A stretch of 64,000 nt of DNA from an uncultured delta proteobacterium (lineage in GTDB: Bacteria; Desulfobacterota; Desulfuromonadia; Desulfuromonadales; JACZKF01), in the NCBI GenBank assembly GCA_963816395.1, contig CAWFKQ010000006.1, forward strand, positions 68,324 through 132,323, given 5' to 3'. The notes beneath the pieces were generated by a model, which saw only the letters and a list, made by a program, of their open reading frames with translations, ran no database searches and was not told the origin of the DNA. Positions 54,183-64,000 of this stretch are shown here, piece by piece. The position numbers and the translations under genes are program-made. The number at the start of each line of letters is the position of its first letter. Within the stretch, counting starts at the first letter, position 1.

Positions 54183-54214
54183 AAGCCCCCGGGGTTTCCC
54201 CGGGGGCTTTTTTT
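54183..54214 (+). terminator. intrinsic terminator AAGCCCCCGGGG-ttt-CCCCGGGGGCTT followed by T7
   Basis: 12-bp stem and U-tract, 38 nt after the ppdK stop. Confidence 0.85.
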
Positions 54215-54221
54215 AATGAGA

Positions 54222-54250
54222 TTGACCGAGGCGTTGAAAGCAGGTAATCT
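54222..54250 (+). promoter_or_regulatory. sigma70 promoter TTGACC, 17 nt, TAATCT
   Basis: Read directly. Upstream of the PAS-GGDEF gene. Confidence 0.45.
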
Positions 54251-54285
54251 TTACTATAACGCTATTCAATTACGAAGGGCTGACC

Positions 54286-55179
54286 GTGAACCTCACTCCC
54301 CGCTTTTATAAACAGATTCTCGATCATTTAGGCGAGGCGGTCTATTTCGTTGATAAGGAGCGGAAAATTCTGTACTGGAATCGCGTCGCGGAGAAAATCA
54401 CCGGCTATTCCTCCGCCGAGGTGGTGAATTCCTACTGCTATAGCAACCTCCTTGATCATATCGACGAAAAGTCGTGCCCTCTCTGCCAGGAAAGATGCCC
54501 GCTGGCGCAGGCCATGGAAACGGGACAGGGATTGGAGAAAAGAATATTTCTTCGCCACAAGGACGGACACCGGGTGCCGGTCAATGTGAAGGTCGCCCCG
54601 ATTTTCAACGGGGGAAAAACCGTCGGGGCGGTGGAGGTTTTCACCGATGCCTCGGTTGTGGTGCAGGTGGAGCAGCTGAATGAAGAGTTGCGCCGGTTGA
54701 TTCATATCGATCCCCTCACCCAGATTCCCAACCGGCGCGCGCTCATGGCGGCTCTGGACCGGGAATATCAAAGATACAAAAGGTATCGAACCCCCTTTGC
54801 CCTTATTTTTGTCGATATCGACCATTTCAAACGGGTAAACGATACGCTTGGCCATGCCGTCGGCGACCGCACCCTGCAGTGGTTCTCCCGGCAGATAACC
54901 GAAAGCCTGCGCCGCTCCGACATGGTCGCCCGCTTCGGTGGGGAGGAGTTCATCATCCTCCTGACCGCCACCGAAGCGGCAGCCGTCGGTTCCATCGCCG
55001 AAAGCCTGCGACAGCGCATTGCCGACTCCCCCTGCCCGGAAACCGGCGCCATTCTCACGGCCAGCCTCGGTGCCACCGGCATTCTTCCGGGCGATTCCGT
55101 GGATTCGCTTCTGGAGAGGGCGGACGCCGCCCAGTACATTTCGAAGAAAGAAGGCCGCAACCGCACCACCGTGCTCTGA
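54286..55179 (+). CDS. PAS-domain diguanylate cyclase
   Basis: N-terminal PAS with a Cys-rich pocket. C-terminal DPLTQIPNRRAL, DIDHFKRVND, RFGGEEF and YISKKEGRNR. GTG start. Confidence 0.85.
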   Translation: MNLTPRFYKQILDHLGEAVYFVDKERKILYWNRVAEKITGYSSAEVVNSYCYSNLLDHIDEKSCPLCQERCPLAQAMETGQGLEKRIFLRHKDGHRVPVNVKVAPIFNGGKTVGAVEVFTDASVVVQVEQLNEELRRLIHIDPLTQIPNRRALMAALDREYQRYKRYRTPFALIFVDIDHFKRVNDTLGHAVGDRTLQWFSRQITESLRRSDMVARFGGEEFIILLTATEAAAVGSIAESLRQRIADSPCPETGAILTASLGATGILPGDSVDSLLERADAAQYISKKEGRNRTTVL

Positions 55180-55299
55180 TCCGGTTGTATTCCCCTCCGC
55201 CATGAACGAAAAGCGAGTGACGGCTTGAACGGTCCTGCCGCCGAACCGCCGGCGGCCGGGCACGACCCGGGCGTAACCCTGAGAGGCGGCGGAAGCGCC

Positions 55300-55328
55300 T
55301 TGACACACCCGGGGGCGGATGGTATAAA
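55300..55328 (+). promoter_or_regulatory. near-consensus sigma70 promoter TTGACA, 17 nt, TATAAA
   Basis: Hexamers and spacing read directly. Confidence 0.5.
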
Positions 55329-55362
55329 AGGTGCCCGTAGCATTCATCCCTGAACCGATGAA

Positions 55363-55387
55363 ACCACAGGTTTCCTGTGGTTTTTTT
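55363..55387 (+). terminator. intrinsic terminator ACCACAGG-ttt-CCTGTGGT followed by T7, only about 30 nt downstream of the predicted start site
   Basis: 8-bp stem and U-tract. The next ATG is at 55406. Confidence 0.6.
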
Positions 55388-55405
55388 CTTTGAGAAAGAA
55401 GAGAG

Positions 55406-55840
55406 ATGTCGAAGCGACCCCTGACTGCCGGAGACGATGTCGAGGCCCGCTGCACCCGCTGCCGGGAGGTGACCAACCATACCGTGGTCGCCCTGGTGGA
55501 AGGGCGGGTGGCGCGCGTCCAGTGTCATATCTGCGACGGAGTGCACAACTATCACGCGCCCGCTGCCACCCGCACCCCTCGTCCCCCTGCACCCAAACCC
55601 GTGGCCCGGGCGCCTCGCCCCCGCCGCAATTCCGCAGCCGCCGAACTGGCCGAGTGGGAAGAGGTTACCGGCCCTGCCGAGAAGGACACCGCGCTTCCTT
55701 ATGCCATGAACCTCCGGTGCCGGGCCGGCGACCTGCTGCGGCACCCGGTCTTCGGCCTCGGGGTGGTCAAGGTTCTGGTTCCTCCGGGAAAAATGGAAGT
55801 CCTCTTTCAGATGGGGAAAAAGCTCCTGCGGTGTGGGTAG
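55406..55840 (+). CDS. zinc-ribbon-containing hypothetical protein (144 aa)
   Basis: CTRC...CHIC pairs, a Pro/Arg-rich linker and a small C-terminal domain. Confidence 0.55.
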   Translation: MSKRPLTAGDDVEARCTRCREVTNHTVVALVEGRVARVQCHICDGVHNYHAPAATRTPRPPAPKPVARAPRPRRNSAAAELAEWEEVTGPAEKDTALPYAMNLRCRAGDLLRHPVFGLGVVKVLVPPGKMEVLFQMGKKLLRCG

Positions 55841-55880
55841 CGGTCGCGAGGGCCGGGGAGTAGGGGGGTGCGAGAAGCGG

Positions 55881-56615
55881 ATGGATTTTCCCTTTTTGCA
55901 TGACTGGCAGATGGATTACCGGCAGGCGGTGGCGCTGCAACGAATACTGGCCGAGCGCCTCGTTTGCCGCAACTGCCTGCCCCGGCCGGTACGCACGGTG
56001 GCCGGAGTGGACGTCTCCTACGAGAAGCACGGCCAGCTGTTTTTCGCCGGCATCGTCGTGCTGTCGCTGCCCGCCCTGGAAGTGCTGGAGGAGGCATCCG
56101 CCGTGGGGCGGGTTTCCTTCCCCTACATCCCCGGCCTCCTGTCCTTCCGCGAACTGCCTATTCTCCTCGAGGCCTTCCGCTCTTTGCGCACCGTTCCCGA
56201 CGCCATTCTGGTCGACGGCCAGGGGATGGCCCATCCGCGGCGCCTCGGCCTGGCGAGCCATCTCGGGCTATGGCTGGAGCTGCCGACGGTCGGTTGCGCC
56301 AAGAGCCGGCTGTGCGGCGAGCACCCGGAGCCGGGCGAGCGGCGGGGAGACCAGGTTCCGCTGCGGCTGGCAGGGGAGGATGTCGGGGTGGTGCTCACCA
56401 CCCGCGACCGGATCAAGCCCCTCTATATTTCTCCCGGGCACAAGATCGATATCGCCGCCGCCGCCGATCTGGTTCTCGCCTGCGGCCGCCGCTACCGCCT
56501 GCCGGAACCGACCCGCCTGGCGCACCACCTGACCAACCGCCTGCGGCGGGAAGAGCAAAGCTGCAAGCTCTCAGCTATAAGCTCCAAGCTAGAAGCAAGC
56601 TCCGCCAAAAAATAA
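55881..56615 (+). CDS. nfi: endonuclease V
   Basis: VAGVDVSY, YIPGLLSFRELP, DGQGMAHPRRLGLASHLG and ISPGH motifs. The last 15 or so codons are encoded by the heptamer array. Confidence 0.85.
   Translation: MDFPFLHDWQMDYRQAVALQRILAERLVCRNCLPRPVRTVAGVDVSYEKHGQLFFAGIVVLSLPALEVLEEASAVGRVSFPYIPGLLSFRELPILLEAFRSLRTVPDAILVDGQGMAHPRRLGLASHLGLWLELPTVGCAKSRLCGEHPEPGERRGDQVPLRLAGEDVGVVLTTRDRIKPLYISPGHKIDIAAAADLVLACGRRYRLPEPTRLAHHLTNRLRREEQSCKLSAISSKLEASSAKK
56555..56601 (+). repeat. heptamer array (NNAAGCT type) at the nfi 3' end
   Basis: AGCT recurs at exact 7-nt spacing five times (ending at 56562, 56569, 56576, 56583 and 56590): GCAAGCT CTCAGCT ATAAGCT CCAAGCT AGAAGCA. Confidence 0.85.
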
Positions 56616-56646
56616 AGCGGAAGGCGACATTCTCTCCGCCTTCCGC
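56606..56646 (-). terminator. hairpin GCGGAAGGCG / CGCCTTCCGC with a U-tract in the minus orientation
   Basis: 10-bp stem. The A-rich tract on the plus side becomes TTTATTTTTT on the minus strand. Confidence 0.5.
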
Positions 56647-56658
56647 CGCCTAGCTGTT

Positions 56659-56693
56659 TGCCGCCTGCCTCCTGCCGCCTGCCGCTTGCCTAG
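56659..56693 (-). repeat. five heptamers abutting the stop of the DUF2520 gene
   Basis: Plus strand reads TGCCGCC TGCCTCC TGCCGCC TGCCGCT TGCCTAG. Minus strand after TAG reads GCAAGCG GCAGGCG GCAGGAG GCAGGCG GCA. Confidence 0.85.
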
Positions 56694-57566
56694 GTTTTTC
56701 CCAACACCTCCAGCAGCTCTTTCGCCCTCTCCTCCGGCAGATTTCCCTGCCGTTCGGCGACTTCGACCGTCTTTCTCCCCAGTACCCGGTAAATCTCCGC
56801 CAGCTCCGGCGGTTGCGCCGCCAGGGCCTGCAGGTGATTTTTTACCGTATTTACGTCCCCGCGGGCGATCGGGCCGGTCAGCGCCCCTTCTGGCCCGAGG
56901 GCGGCCAGGTTGTTGACCGTTGTCCGCAGCAAGGGGGTCAGCAGGCGGTAGCTCTTCTCCCGCTCGAAGCCGCTGGCGGTCAGCAGATCGCCGGCGGCGG
57001 CGACCAGGGCCACCAGATAGTTGGCGGCCAGGCAGGCTGCCGCGTGATAGAGGACTTTCTGCTCGCCGTTGATGCGGAACGGCACTCCGCCCATGTCGGT
57101 GACCAGCCGCTCCCCCAGGGGCAGGGCAGCTTCCGTACCCTCGACGGCGAAGGGACTCCCCTGCAGGGCCCGGACGCCTATCGCCGGGTCGGCGAAGCTC
57201 TGCAGGGGATGCAGAGACAGGGCCGGCCGCTCCGGCTCTTCCTCCCCGAGAAGGATGGTCGCCCGGTGCAGTCCACTGAAATGGACCAGCACCGCTCCGG
57301 GCGCCAGGTAACCCCGGTGCCGGAGCAGGGCGGCGGCCTCGGCGAGACGGTCGTCCGGCAGCGCCAGCAATACGATCTCCCCCTCCCGCGCCCTGCTCGA
57401 GGTCGGTGGTGGCCGCCTTCCGGCTGCCGGCGAAGCGGGCGGCGGCGAGGGTGCGGGCCGGATCGCGGCCAATGATGGCGCGCAGGTCATAACCCGCCTC
57501 ATGCAGCAGGTTGGCTACCGCCTGCCCCAGTCGGCCGGGACCGATGAGGACGACCCTTTCTTTCAT
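56690..57566 (-). CDS. Rossmann-fold / DUF2520 oxidoreductase-like protein (apparent frameshift near 57400)
   Basis: MKERVVLIGPGRLGQAVANLL N-terminus (frame of ORF 56589..57893) joins ORF 56690..57502 (DUF2520-like C-terminus). Confidence 0.7.
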
Positions 57567-58216
57567 GCGACGGAAACCTCCAGCCTCCCCACCGTCTCGA
57601 TCGCCGCCTCCAGTCGATCGCCGCTGGCGATGGCGCTGACCCCGGCCGGGGTGCCGGTGAGCACGACATCTCCCTCCTCGAGGGTGAAAATGGCCGAAAT
57701 CTCCCGCAGGATCTGCGGGATGCGGCGCATCATCAGGCCGGTGGAGGCGTCCTGGCGGATTTCTCCATTGACCCGCATGGTGATCCGCAGCGCGTGCGGG
57801 TCGGGGATCCGGTCTGCCGGCACGAAGTCGGAAAGGGGACAGGCGGTATCGAACCCCTTGGCGATCTCCCAGGGAAGTCCCTTCTTTTTGCACTCATCCT
57901 GAATATCGCGCAGGGTGAGGTCGATCGCCACCCCATAGCCGGCGACGTAGTCGAAGGCCGACTCCTCGGAGATGCTTTTCGCCCGGCGGCCGATGAGGAT
58001 GGCCAACTCCGCCTCGTGATGGCAGTCCTGCGACCAGGAAGGGATGCGTACCGTTCCACCCGGGCCGATGAGGCTGGTGGCCGGCTTGATGAAAAGCACG
58101 GGGCGGTCCGGTATCGCATTACCCAGCTCGCGGATGTGATCGACATAATTGCGCCCCAGGCAGACCACTTTCCCCACCCGGAAAGATTTTCCGGTTCCGA
58201 TCAGTTGTACGTCCAT
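57563..58216 (-). CDS. fumarylacetoacetate hydrolase (FAH) family protein
   Basis: KVVCLGRNYVDH, EAELAILIG and GDVVLTGTPAGV. 217 aa. ATGA overlap with the downstream gene. Confidence 0.85.
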   Translation of the reverse strand: MDVQLIGTGKSFRVGKVVCLGRNYVDHIRELGNAIPDRPVLFIKPATSLIGPGGTVRIPSWSQDCHHEAELAILIGRRAKSISEESAFDYVAGYGVAIDLTLRDIQDECKKKGLPWEIAKGFDTACPLSDFVPADRIPDPHALRITMRVNGEIRQDASTGLMMRRIPQILREISAIFTLEEGDVVLTGTPAGVSAIASGDRLEAAIETVGRLEVSVA

Positions 58217-58364
58217 GCCATCCTCCTGCAGTTGCAGAATTGTGAATGGAATTCAGGGAGAATACCGGCTGCCCGGGGAAAATGCAAGTATGCCGGAGGC
58301 AAAAACCTGTGTTATATTGAAAGCCTCAACGGCCCCCGGCCGCCAGCCCCGGACAGGGAGACCC

Positions 58365-59502
58365 ATGTTCCTTCCCATCGGCGATACCCCCAATCCCCGC
58401 GGCACGCCCTACGTCAACTACTCCCTGATCGGCATCAATGTCGCCGTTTTCCTGTTTATTTCACTTCCTCTCATCCTGACGCCGCCGAATCTTTCCGATC
58501 CCCTCCTGCTCGACTATCTGCGGGCGTTGGGGGCGCACGGCCGGATTACCGCCGAGCAGGTGCTGCGGCACGTCACGGCTTACGACCTGTTCGTTTTCCG
58601 TTACGGTTTTCGCCCCGACCATTTTTCCGTGCTCGACATGTTCACCGCCATGTTCCTGCACGGCAGCTGGTTGCATCTGGCCGGCAACATGCTCTTTCTG
58701 TGGATTTTCGGCGACAATGTCGAGGCCCGCCTGGGTCATTTCCGCTATCTGCTGGTTTACCTGGGGACCGGCATCGCCGCCACCCTGTTTTTCGCCGTTT
58801 TCGTCGCCGGGGCGTCGGTGCCGATGATCGGCGCCTCGGGCGCGATTTCCGGGGTACTCGGCTGCTATTTTCTCTGGTTTCCCCGCAACCAGGTAAAGAT
58901 CATCTTCTTTCCCTTTATTCTGTTCCCCTTTCTCATCCCGGCCCGCTGGGTCCTCGGTGTTTTTCTGCTCATTGACAACCTTCTCCCTTTTCTGGTCCAG
59001 CCGGGAGCGGCCGGCGGCGTCGCCCATGGCGCTCACATCGGCGGCTTTTTGGCCGGCCTGGCGGTGGCGCTGGTGACCCAGCGGCTGCCCCTGGGCAGGG
59101 CTGCGGGAACTGGCCGGGAGGCACCGGAAAGTGCGGCCGAGCGGGTCTCTCTCAGCCTGCGCCTGGGCAATATTTCCCAGGGCGTGATGCGGTATCTCTC
59201 CCTGCCTGAGCGGGAACAGCGGCAGGTGCCCACGGCCGACCTGCTGACTATGGGCGATTTTCTCCTCGACCGGCGGGATGTCCATGGCGCTCTCGCTCTC
59301 TACCGGCGGATCATCGCCGAGCGGCCGAACGATCCTTTCCTCGACCGGGCTTACCTCGGGCGCCGGCAAGGCGCTGTACCGGCTGCCGCGCTACCGCACC
59401 AGCGCCTACCAGCATTTTCTGTCGGCCATCGACGTCACCCATAACGAGGCGCTCGCCGAGGAGGCTCGGCGCTTTCTGCGGGTCATCGAGCAGGGCGCCT
59501 GA
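58365..59502 (+). CDS. rhomboid-family intramembrane serine protease with a TPR-like tail (apparent frameshift near 59355)
   Basis: HGSWLHLAGNMLFLWIFG and GASGAISGVLG catalytic motifs. The tail continues in frame 59278..59502. Confidence 0.8.
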
Positions 59503-59561
59503 GCGGAGAATCGCCAGCGGCAGCTTGCGACCCGGCGACACGAGGGACATTACGGTATGGA

Positions 59562-61335
59562 TCAGAAGGGAAAAACCACCGGGATCAGCAGGGTGGCGAT
59601 GAGCCAGACGCCGATGTTGAGCGGCGTCCCCACCCGGGTGTAGTCGAGGAAGCGGTAGCCGCCCGGTCCCATCACCAGGGCATTGGACTGGTGGCTGATC
59701 GGGGTCATGAAGCAGGAGGAGGCGGCGATCGCCACCGCCATGAAGAAGGGTTTGGGGCTGACCGCCAGATCGAGGGCGGTATTGAAGGCGATGGGGGCGA
59801 TCAGCACGGCGGCGGCGGCGTGGCTCATGACCTCGGTGAGGGTGAAAGTCAGCAGGAAAATCGCTCCCAGCACCACCCAGGGACCGAACGGACCGACCCC
59901 GCGGATGATCTGCTCGGCCAGAAAACGGGCGGCGCCGCTGTTCTCCAGGGCCAGGCCAAGGGGCAGGGTGCCGGCTATGAGAACGATGATCATCCAGTCG
60001 ATGCTTTCATAGGCTTCCTTGGGAGTAAGGCAGCGGGAGAGCACCATCACCAGCGCCCCGAGGGTGGCGGAAAGCATGATCGGCAAGATGCCGGTGGCGG
60101 TCAGCACCACCACCGCCAATAGCGTGAGGAGCGCCACCGGCGCCTTGCGCGGCCGGTAGGAGACCGGCGGCACCCCGCCCAGCAGAAGAAAACCGTGTTC
60201 CTTGCCGAGATGAATCACCCGCTCCTCCGGCCCCTGCAGGAGCAGTACATCGCCGAACTGCAGAGTCACATGATCGACCTTCTTCACCACCGGCGCCCCC
60301 CGGCGCCAGATGGCCAGGACGGTCAGTCCATGGGTATCGGCGAAGCGCACCTCGCGCAGGGTCCTGCCGACCATTTCGCTGGTGGGGGTCAGGGAGACCT
60401 CCACCACCACCAGATCTTCCTGCCGTTCCGATTCGGCCACCGGATTGCGCTTCTCCGGCACCACCGCCAGCCCTTTTTTCTCCCGCACCCGGAGAATCGC
60501 TTCCGGGTTCCCCTCGAGAAAAAGGATGTCCCCCGGCTGAATCTTGCGGTTGCGATGCGGGAAGGGAATTTTCAGGTTGCCGCGCAGGATGGCCCGCACC
60601 TTCAGCGGGAATTCCTCCTCCAGGCCGCTCTTGGCGATGGTCGCACCGGCCAGTGGCGACTGCGGCAGGATCTCCACCTCGGTGATGTATTCCTTTACCT
60701 GATAGACCTCGGTCAGGCTCCCCGCCCTTCGCTGCGGCAGCAGGTGCCGGCCGACCAGGGACATGTACAGAACCCCCGCTGCCAACACCACCACGCCCAC
60801 CGGAGTGAAATCGAACATGGCGAAACTCTGCCCGGCGTATCCCTGCAGCAGGGCATTCATCAGGATGTTCGGCGGGGTGCCGATAAGGGTGCAGACGCCG
60901 CCGAGCAGGGAGCCGAAGGCGAGCGGGATGAGGAGCTTGGAAGGGGCTGATCCGGCTCTTCCGCGACATGGACATGACGATCGGCATGAGCATGGCCGTG
61001 GCGCCTATGTTGTTGATGAAGGAAGAAAAGAAGGCGCTGGTGAGCATGATGGTCGCCACCAGCCGGGGTTCGCTGTTGCCGGCGATGCGCATCAGGCGTT
61101 CCCCCAGCGGGCCGAGGGCGCCGGTATTGTTGAGGGCGGCACTGATCACGAACATGGCGGCGACGGTGATCACCGCCGGATTGGCGAAGCCGGAGAACGC
61201 CTGCTCGGCGGTAACCAGGCCGGTAAAGGCGAGGGTCAGCAGCACCATCAGGCTGACCAGATCCATGCGGACCCAGTCGGTTGCGAACAAGACGATGGCC
61301 GCCAGCAGAATGAGCAGGACCAGGACGATTTCCAT
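59562..61335 (-). CDS. SLC13/DASS-family permease with TrkA-C domains (apparent frameshift near 60940)
   Basis: ORFs 60007..61335 (N-terminal TMs) and 59562..60860 (TrkA-C domains plus C-terminal TMs) join. Confidence 0.8.
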
Positions 61336-61413
61336 GGCGCTCCCGAGTCAGCCCGGCAAAAGGGTGTGCAGCCGTCTTTTGCCTTTTTGATAGTTTAATC
61401 GAGTCGGAATGGG

Positions 61414-62061
61414 TTACAAGGGCCGGAAATTACAGGCCTTGAGAGCGGAGAGAAGATCGGCGGCGGCAACCGCCGGGTCGGCGGCGCCGAGGATGGCCGA
61501 GATGCAGGCGATGCCGGCGGCGCCGGCGGCGAGGGTTGCGGGGAGATTCTCCGCCTTCACCCCGCCCAGGGCGAAGACCGGCAGCGGCGCGGCGGCGCAG
61601 GCGCGGCGCAGGGCCTCCAGGCCGACCGGATTGCCGTAGGCGGCCTTGGCGGGGGTGAAATAAACCGGGCCGAAGGTGACGAAGTCGGCGCCGGCCGTGC
61701 GCGCCGCCGGCACCTCCGGCGGCGCATGCGTGGAAACGCCGATCAGGCGGTCGGGGCCGAGGAGGTGCCGAACTGCCGCGACCGGCAGCGAGCCGCCCCC
61801 CAGGTGCACCCCGTCGGCCTCGACCGCCAGCGCCACATCGATCCGCTCGTTGATCAGCAGCCGGGCAGCGAAGCGACGGGTGAGGGCGCGCAGTTCCCGG
61901 GCCAGGTCGAAGAGCTCGCCGGCCGGCAGATCCTTCTCGCGCAGCTGCACCGCCCGTACCCCGCCCTCCAGCGCGCGGGCCACCGCCCGCGGCAGGTCGC
62001 CGTCCGGCACCTGCCGGCGGTCGGTGATGAGATAGAGAGCGAAGTCGATGGGGGCGGACAT
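61414..62061 (-). CDS. thiE: thiamine-phosphate synthase
   Basis: LYLITDR, VQLREKD and ADGVHLG motifs. 215 aa. Confidence 0.9.
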   Translation of the reverse strand: MSAPIDFALYLITDRRQVPDGDLPRAVARALEGGVRAVQLREKDLPAGELFDLARELRALTRRFAARLLINERIDVALAVEADGVHLGGGSLPVAAVRHLLGPDRLIGVSTHAPPEVPAARTAGADFVTFGPVYFTPAKAAYGNPVGLEALRRACAAAPLPVFALGGVKAENLPATLAAGAAGIACISAILGAADPAVAAADLLSALKACNFRPL

Positions 62062-62141
62062 GGTCTTTCAAGGGGTAGGGACGTGATTCATCACCCCGGG
62101 GCAGGAAACGTCCGGGACACGGAAAACGTCTGGTCCGCGGA

Positions 62142-63296
62142 TCAGGGCAATGAATTTCGCCCTACGAATTTATGCGCCGTCCGGTCGAGGAACGCCCCGT
62201 CCCAGTCCTTCCAGACCGCTTCATACCCCTTGGCGCGAATCATCCGGCTGACTTCCGCCGGGGTGCGGTCGTCGTCGATGGCGAACTGGCGGGTGCTCTG
62301 CTCGCCGGTGGCATAACCGCCGGGGGCGGTGCAGGAGCCGGCGCTCATCTGGGTGATCCCCAGGGGGAGCAGATGGTCGCGCAGGCGGGCGCTTTCGCGG
62401 GTGGAGAGAACCAGCCCGGCATCGGGCAGGAGCAGGCGCAGAGCACAGATGAGCTGCACGAACTGGGGGTCGGGGACGGGGTTCAGGGGGGCGAAACCGC
62501 CATCGGCGGGGCGGATGCGCGGGAAGGAGACGGAGACCAGGGAGCGCCAGAAATGCCGCGAGAGAAAAAGAGCGTGCAGGCCGACGAAAAAGGCTTCGGC
62601 GCGAAACTGCCCCAGGCCGAGCAGGGCGCCCAGGCCGATCCGGCGCAGCCCTGCCGCCCCGCCCCGTTCGGGGGTGAGCAGGCGCCAGTCGAAGTCCCGC
62701 TTGCGGCCGAAGGGATGCATCTCAGCATACAGGCGGCGGTCGTAGGTCTCCTGATAGATGGTCAGCCCGTCCACTCCGGCGTCCACCATCAGCCGGTAGC
62801 CGGCCTCGTCCATCGGGTAGACTTCGATGCCGACCGAGCTGAACAGCGGTCGAATGCGCCGCACCGCCGCCGCCAGGGCCTCGTTGTCCACCGCCCGCGG
62901 CAGCTCGCCGGTGACCAGCAGGACATGGCGGAATCCCTGCCGGTGCAGCACCAGCGCCTCCGCCTCGATCTCGTCCAGGGTCAGGGTGCGCCGCGGCACC
63001 TGGTTGCCGGCGTTGAAGCCGCAGTAGCGGCAGCCGTTGCTGCATTCGTTGGAGAGGTAGATGGGAGCATACATCAGGATGGTGCGCCCGAAGCGCTGCA
63101 CGCTCAGACGGTGCGCCTGCTGGGCCATCGGCTCCAGGAACGCTTCCGCCGCCGGCGAGAGCAGGGCCATGAGATCCTCCGGCCGCCGCCGCTCGGCGCC
63201 TAAGGCCCGCTCCACGTCGCGGGGCGTTTTCCCCGCGATCTGCTCCAGGACGGTGTCGTAGTCGTAATTGCCGATTTCGTCGAGAAAGGTTGTCAT
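62142..63296 (-). CDS. thiH: 2-iminoacetate synthase (radical SAM)
   Basis: CSNGCRYCGF radical-SAM cluster motif. 384 aa. Located between thiG and thiE. Confidence 0.9.
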   Translation of the reverse strand: MTTFLDEIGNYDYDTVLEQIAGKTPRDVERALGAERRRPEDLMALLSPAAEAFLEPMAQQAHRLSVQRFGRTILMYAPIYLSNECSNGCRYCGFNAGNQVPRRTLTLDEIEAEALVLHRQGFRHVLLVTGELPRAVDNEALAAAVRRIRPLFSSVGIEVYPMDEAGYRLMVDAGVDGLTIYQETYDRRLYAEMHPFGRKRDFDWRLLTPERGGAAGLRRIGLGALLGLGQFRAEAFFVGLHALFLSRHFWRSLVSVSFPRIRPADGGFAPLNPVPDPQFVQLICALRLLLPDAGLVLSTRESARLRDHLLPLGITQMSAGSCTAPGGYATGEQSTRQFAIDDDRTPAEVSRMIRAKGYEAVWKDWDGAFLDRTAHKFVGRNSLP

Positions 63297-63371
63297 AGCT
63301 GTACCTGCCTGCTGGTGAAAAATTCATCGGGCCGAAATCGGTCCGATCCGACTGATCGGTCGGATCGATTT

Positions 63372-64000
63372 TCAGCTTCGCAAAAACCCCGTCAGCGGGC
63401 TCGAGGCCGCGGCCTGCCGGCGCTCCTCCCCCAAACCGGCGAGATAGGCTTCGCGGCCGGCCTCTACCCCCTTGCGGAAAGCGGCGGCCATGCGCGCCGG
63501 GTCGGGGGAGACGGCCAGGGCGGTGTTGACCAGCACGGCGTCGGCGCCCATCTCCATCGCTTCGGCGGCGTGCGAGGGGGCGCCCAGACCGGCGTCGACC
63601 ACCACCGGCACAGTGGCCTGCTCGATGATGATGGCGATCTGTTCACGGGTGCGCAGCCCCCGGTTGGTGCCGATGGGCGCGCCCAGCGGCATCACCGTGG
63701 CGGTGCCGACCTCCTGCAGGCGCTTGGCCAGCACCGGGTCGGCATTGATGTAGGGAAGGACGGTAAACCCTTCCTTGACCAGGATCTGCGCCGCCTTGAG
63801 GGTCTCCACCGGGTCGGGCAGCAGGTAGTAGGGGTCGGGGGTGACTTCCAGCTTTACCCACGGCTCACAGCCGGCGGCCCGCGCCAGGCGCGCCAGGCGC
63901 ACCGCCTCCTCGGCGTCGCGGGCACCGCTGGTGTTGGGCAGCAGCAGGTACTTATCCCGGTCGATATGCGCCAGCATATCGTCGCCGCGATTTTCGATAT
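63372..64000 (-). CDS. thiG: thiazole synthase (5' end beyond window)
   Basis: [34 protein letters not shown] and [14 protein letters not shown]. The frame is open to the window edge. Confidence 0.9.
   Translation of the reverse strand, partial: IENRGDDMLAHIDRDKYLLLPNTSGARDAEEAVRLARLARAAGCEPWVKLEVTPDPYYLLPDPVETLKAAQILVKEGFTVLPYINADPVLAKRLQEVGTATVMPLGAPIGTNRGLRTREQIAIIIEQATVPVVVDAGLGAPSHAAEAMEMGADAVLVNTALAVSPDPARMAAAFRKGVEAGREAYLAGLGEERRQAAASSPLTGFLRS

Noticed and set aside
61358-61395. Plus-strand terminator-like hairpin GGCAAAAG-loop-CTTTTGCC followed by T5, between thiE and the SLC13 gene
   Set aside because: Both neighbouring genes are on the minus strand, where the hairpin lacks a U-tract, and no plus-strand gene ends here. 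It could stop antisense transcription, but there is no supporting evidence.
61414-64000. TPP riboswitch for the thi genes
   Set aside because: The operon start (upstream of thiG) lies beyond the window end. The thiG-thiH and thiH-thiE spacers are short and contain only a simple 9-bp hairpin (63344-63367).

Overview
High-GC chromosomal segment. Gene content and order (Geobacter-style gspC-N cluster, recO-glyQ-glyS-ppdK, thiG-thiH-thiE, many GGDEF proteins, sigma54-type promoters) suggest a Desulfuromonadales/Geobacter-like deltaproteobacterium; this is inference, no search was run. Main contents, left to right: prfC, a multi-domain sensor kinase, asnS, a LysR regulator, trpS with an attenuator-like leader, and a membrane diguanylate cyclase. 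Then lon, a DUF3187 outer-membrane protein and a complete 12-gene type II secretion cluster (gspC-D-E-F-G-H-I-J-K-L-M-N, minus strand, 14.6-26.6 kb). Then polA, an oxidoreductase, a YihG/PlsC-type acyltransferase, and a YdbH-like giant protein with a fused YnbE/YdbL partner. Then a small regulatory island (secreted octapeptide-repeat protein, receiver protein, XRE regulator, deaminase, NlpC/P60 lipoprotein). A visibly lower-GC mobile patch follows: an IS200/RayT-like Y1 transposase flanked by inverted palindromic repeats, with a group II intron inserted exactly into the right-hand repeat. Then a redox/iron island (DUF1858, Cys-rich protein and hemerythrin, convergent with an encapsulin plus encapsulated-ferritin operon). 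The right end carries sixA, recO, glyQS, ppdK, a PAS-GGDEF protein, nfi, a FAH-family hydrolase, a rhomboid protease, an SLC13 permease and thiE/thiH/thiG. I found no rRNA, tRNA or CRISPR array. Two window-wide observations stand out. (1) About a dozen short intergenic elements are built from degenerate tandem heptamers. They usually start at or within a few bases of a stop codon and often have a complementary second arm; no standard feature type explains them. (2) By manual reading there are roughly 30 single-base frame disruptions in otherwise conserved housekeeping genes. This looks like assembly indel error rather than pseudogenisation, so all coordinates and homopolymer lengths are provisional. 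Most long antisense ORFs in the six-frame track are high-GC shadow ORFs.
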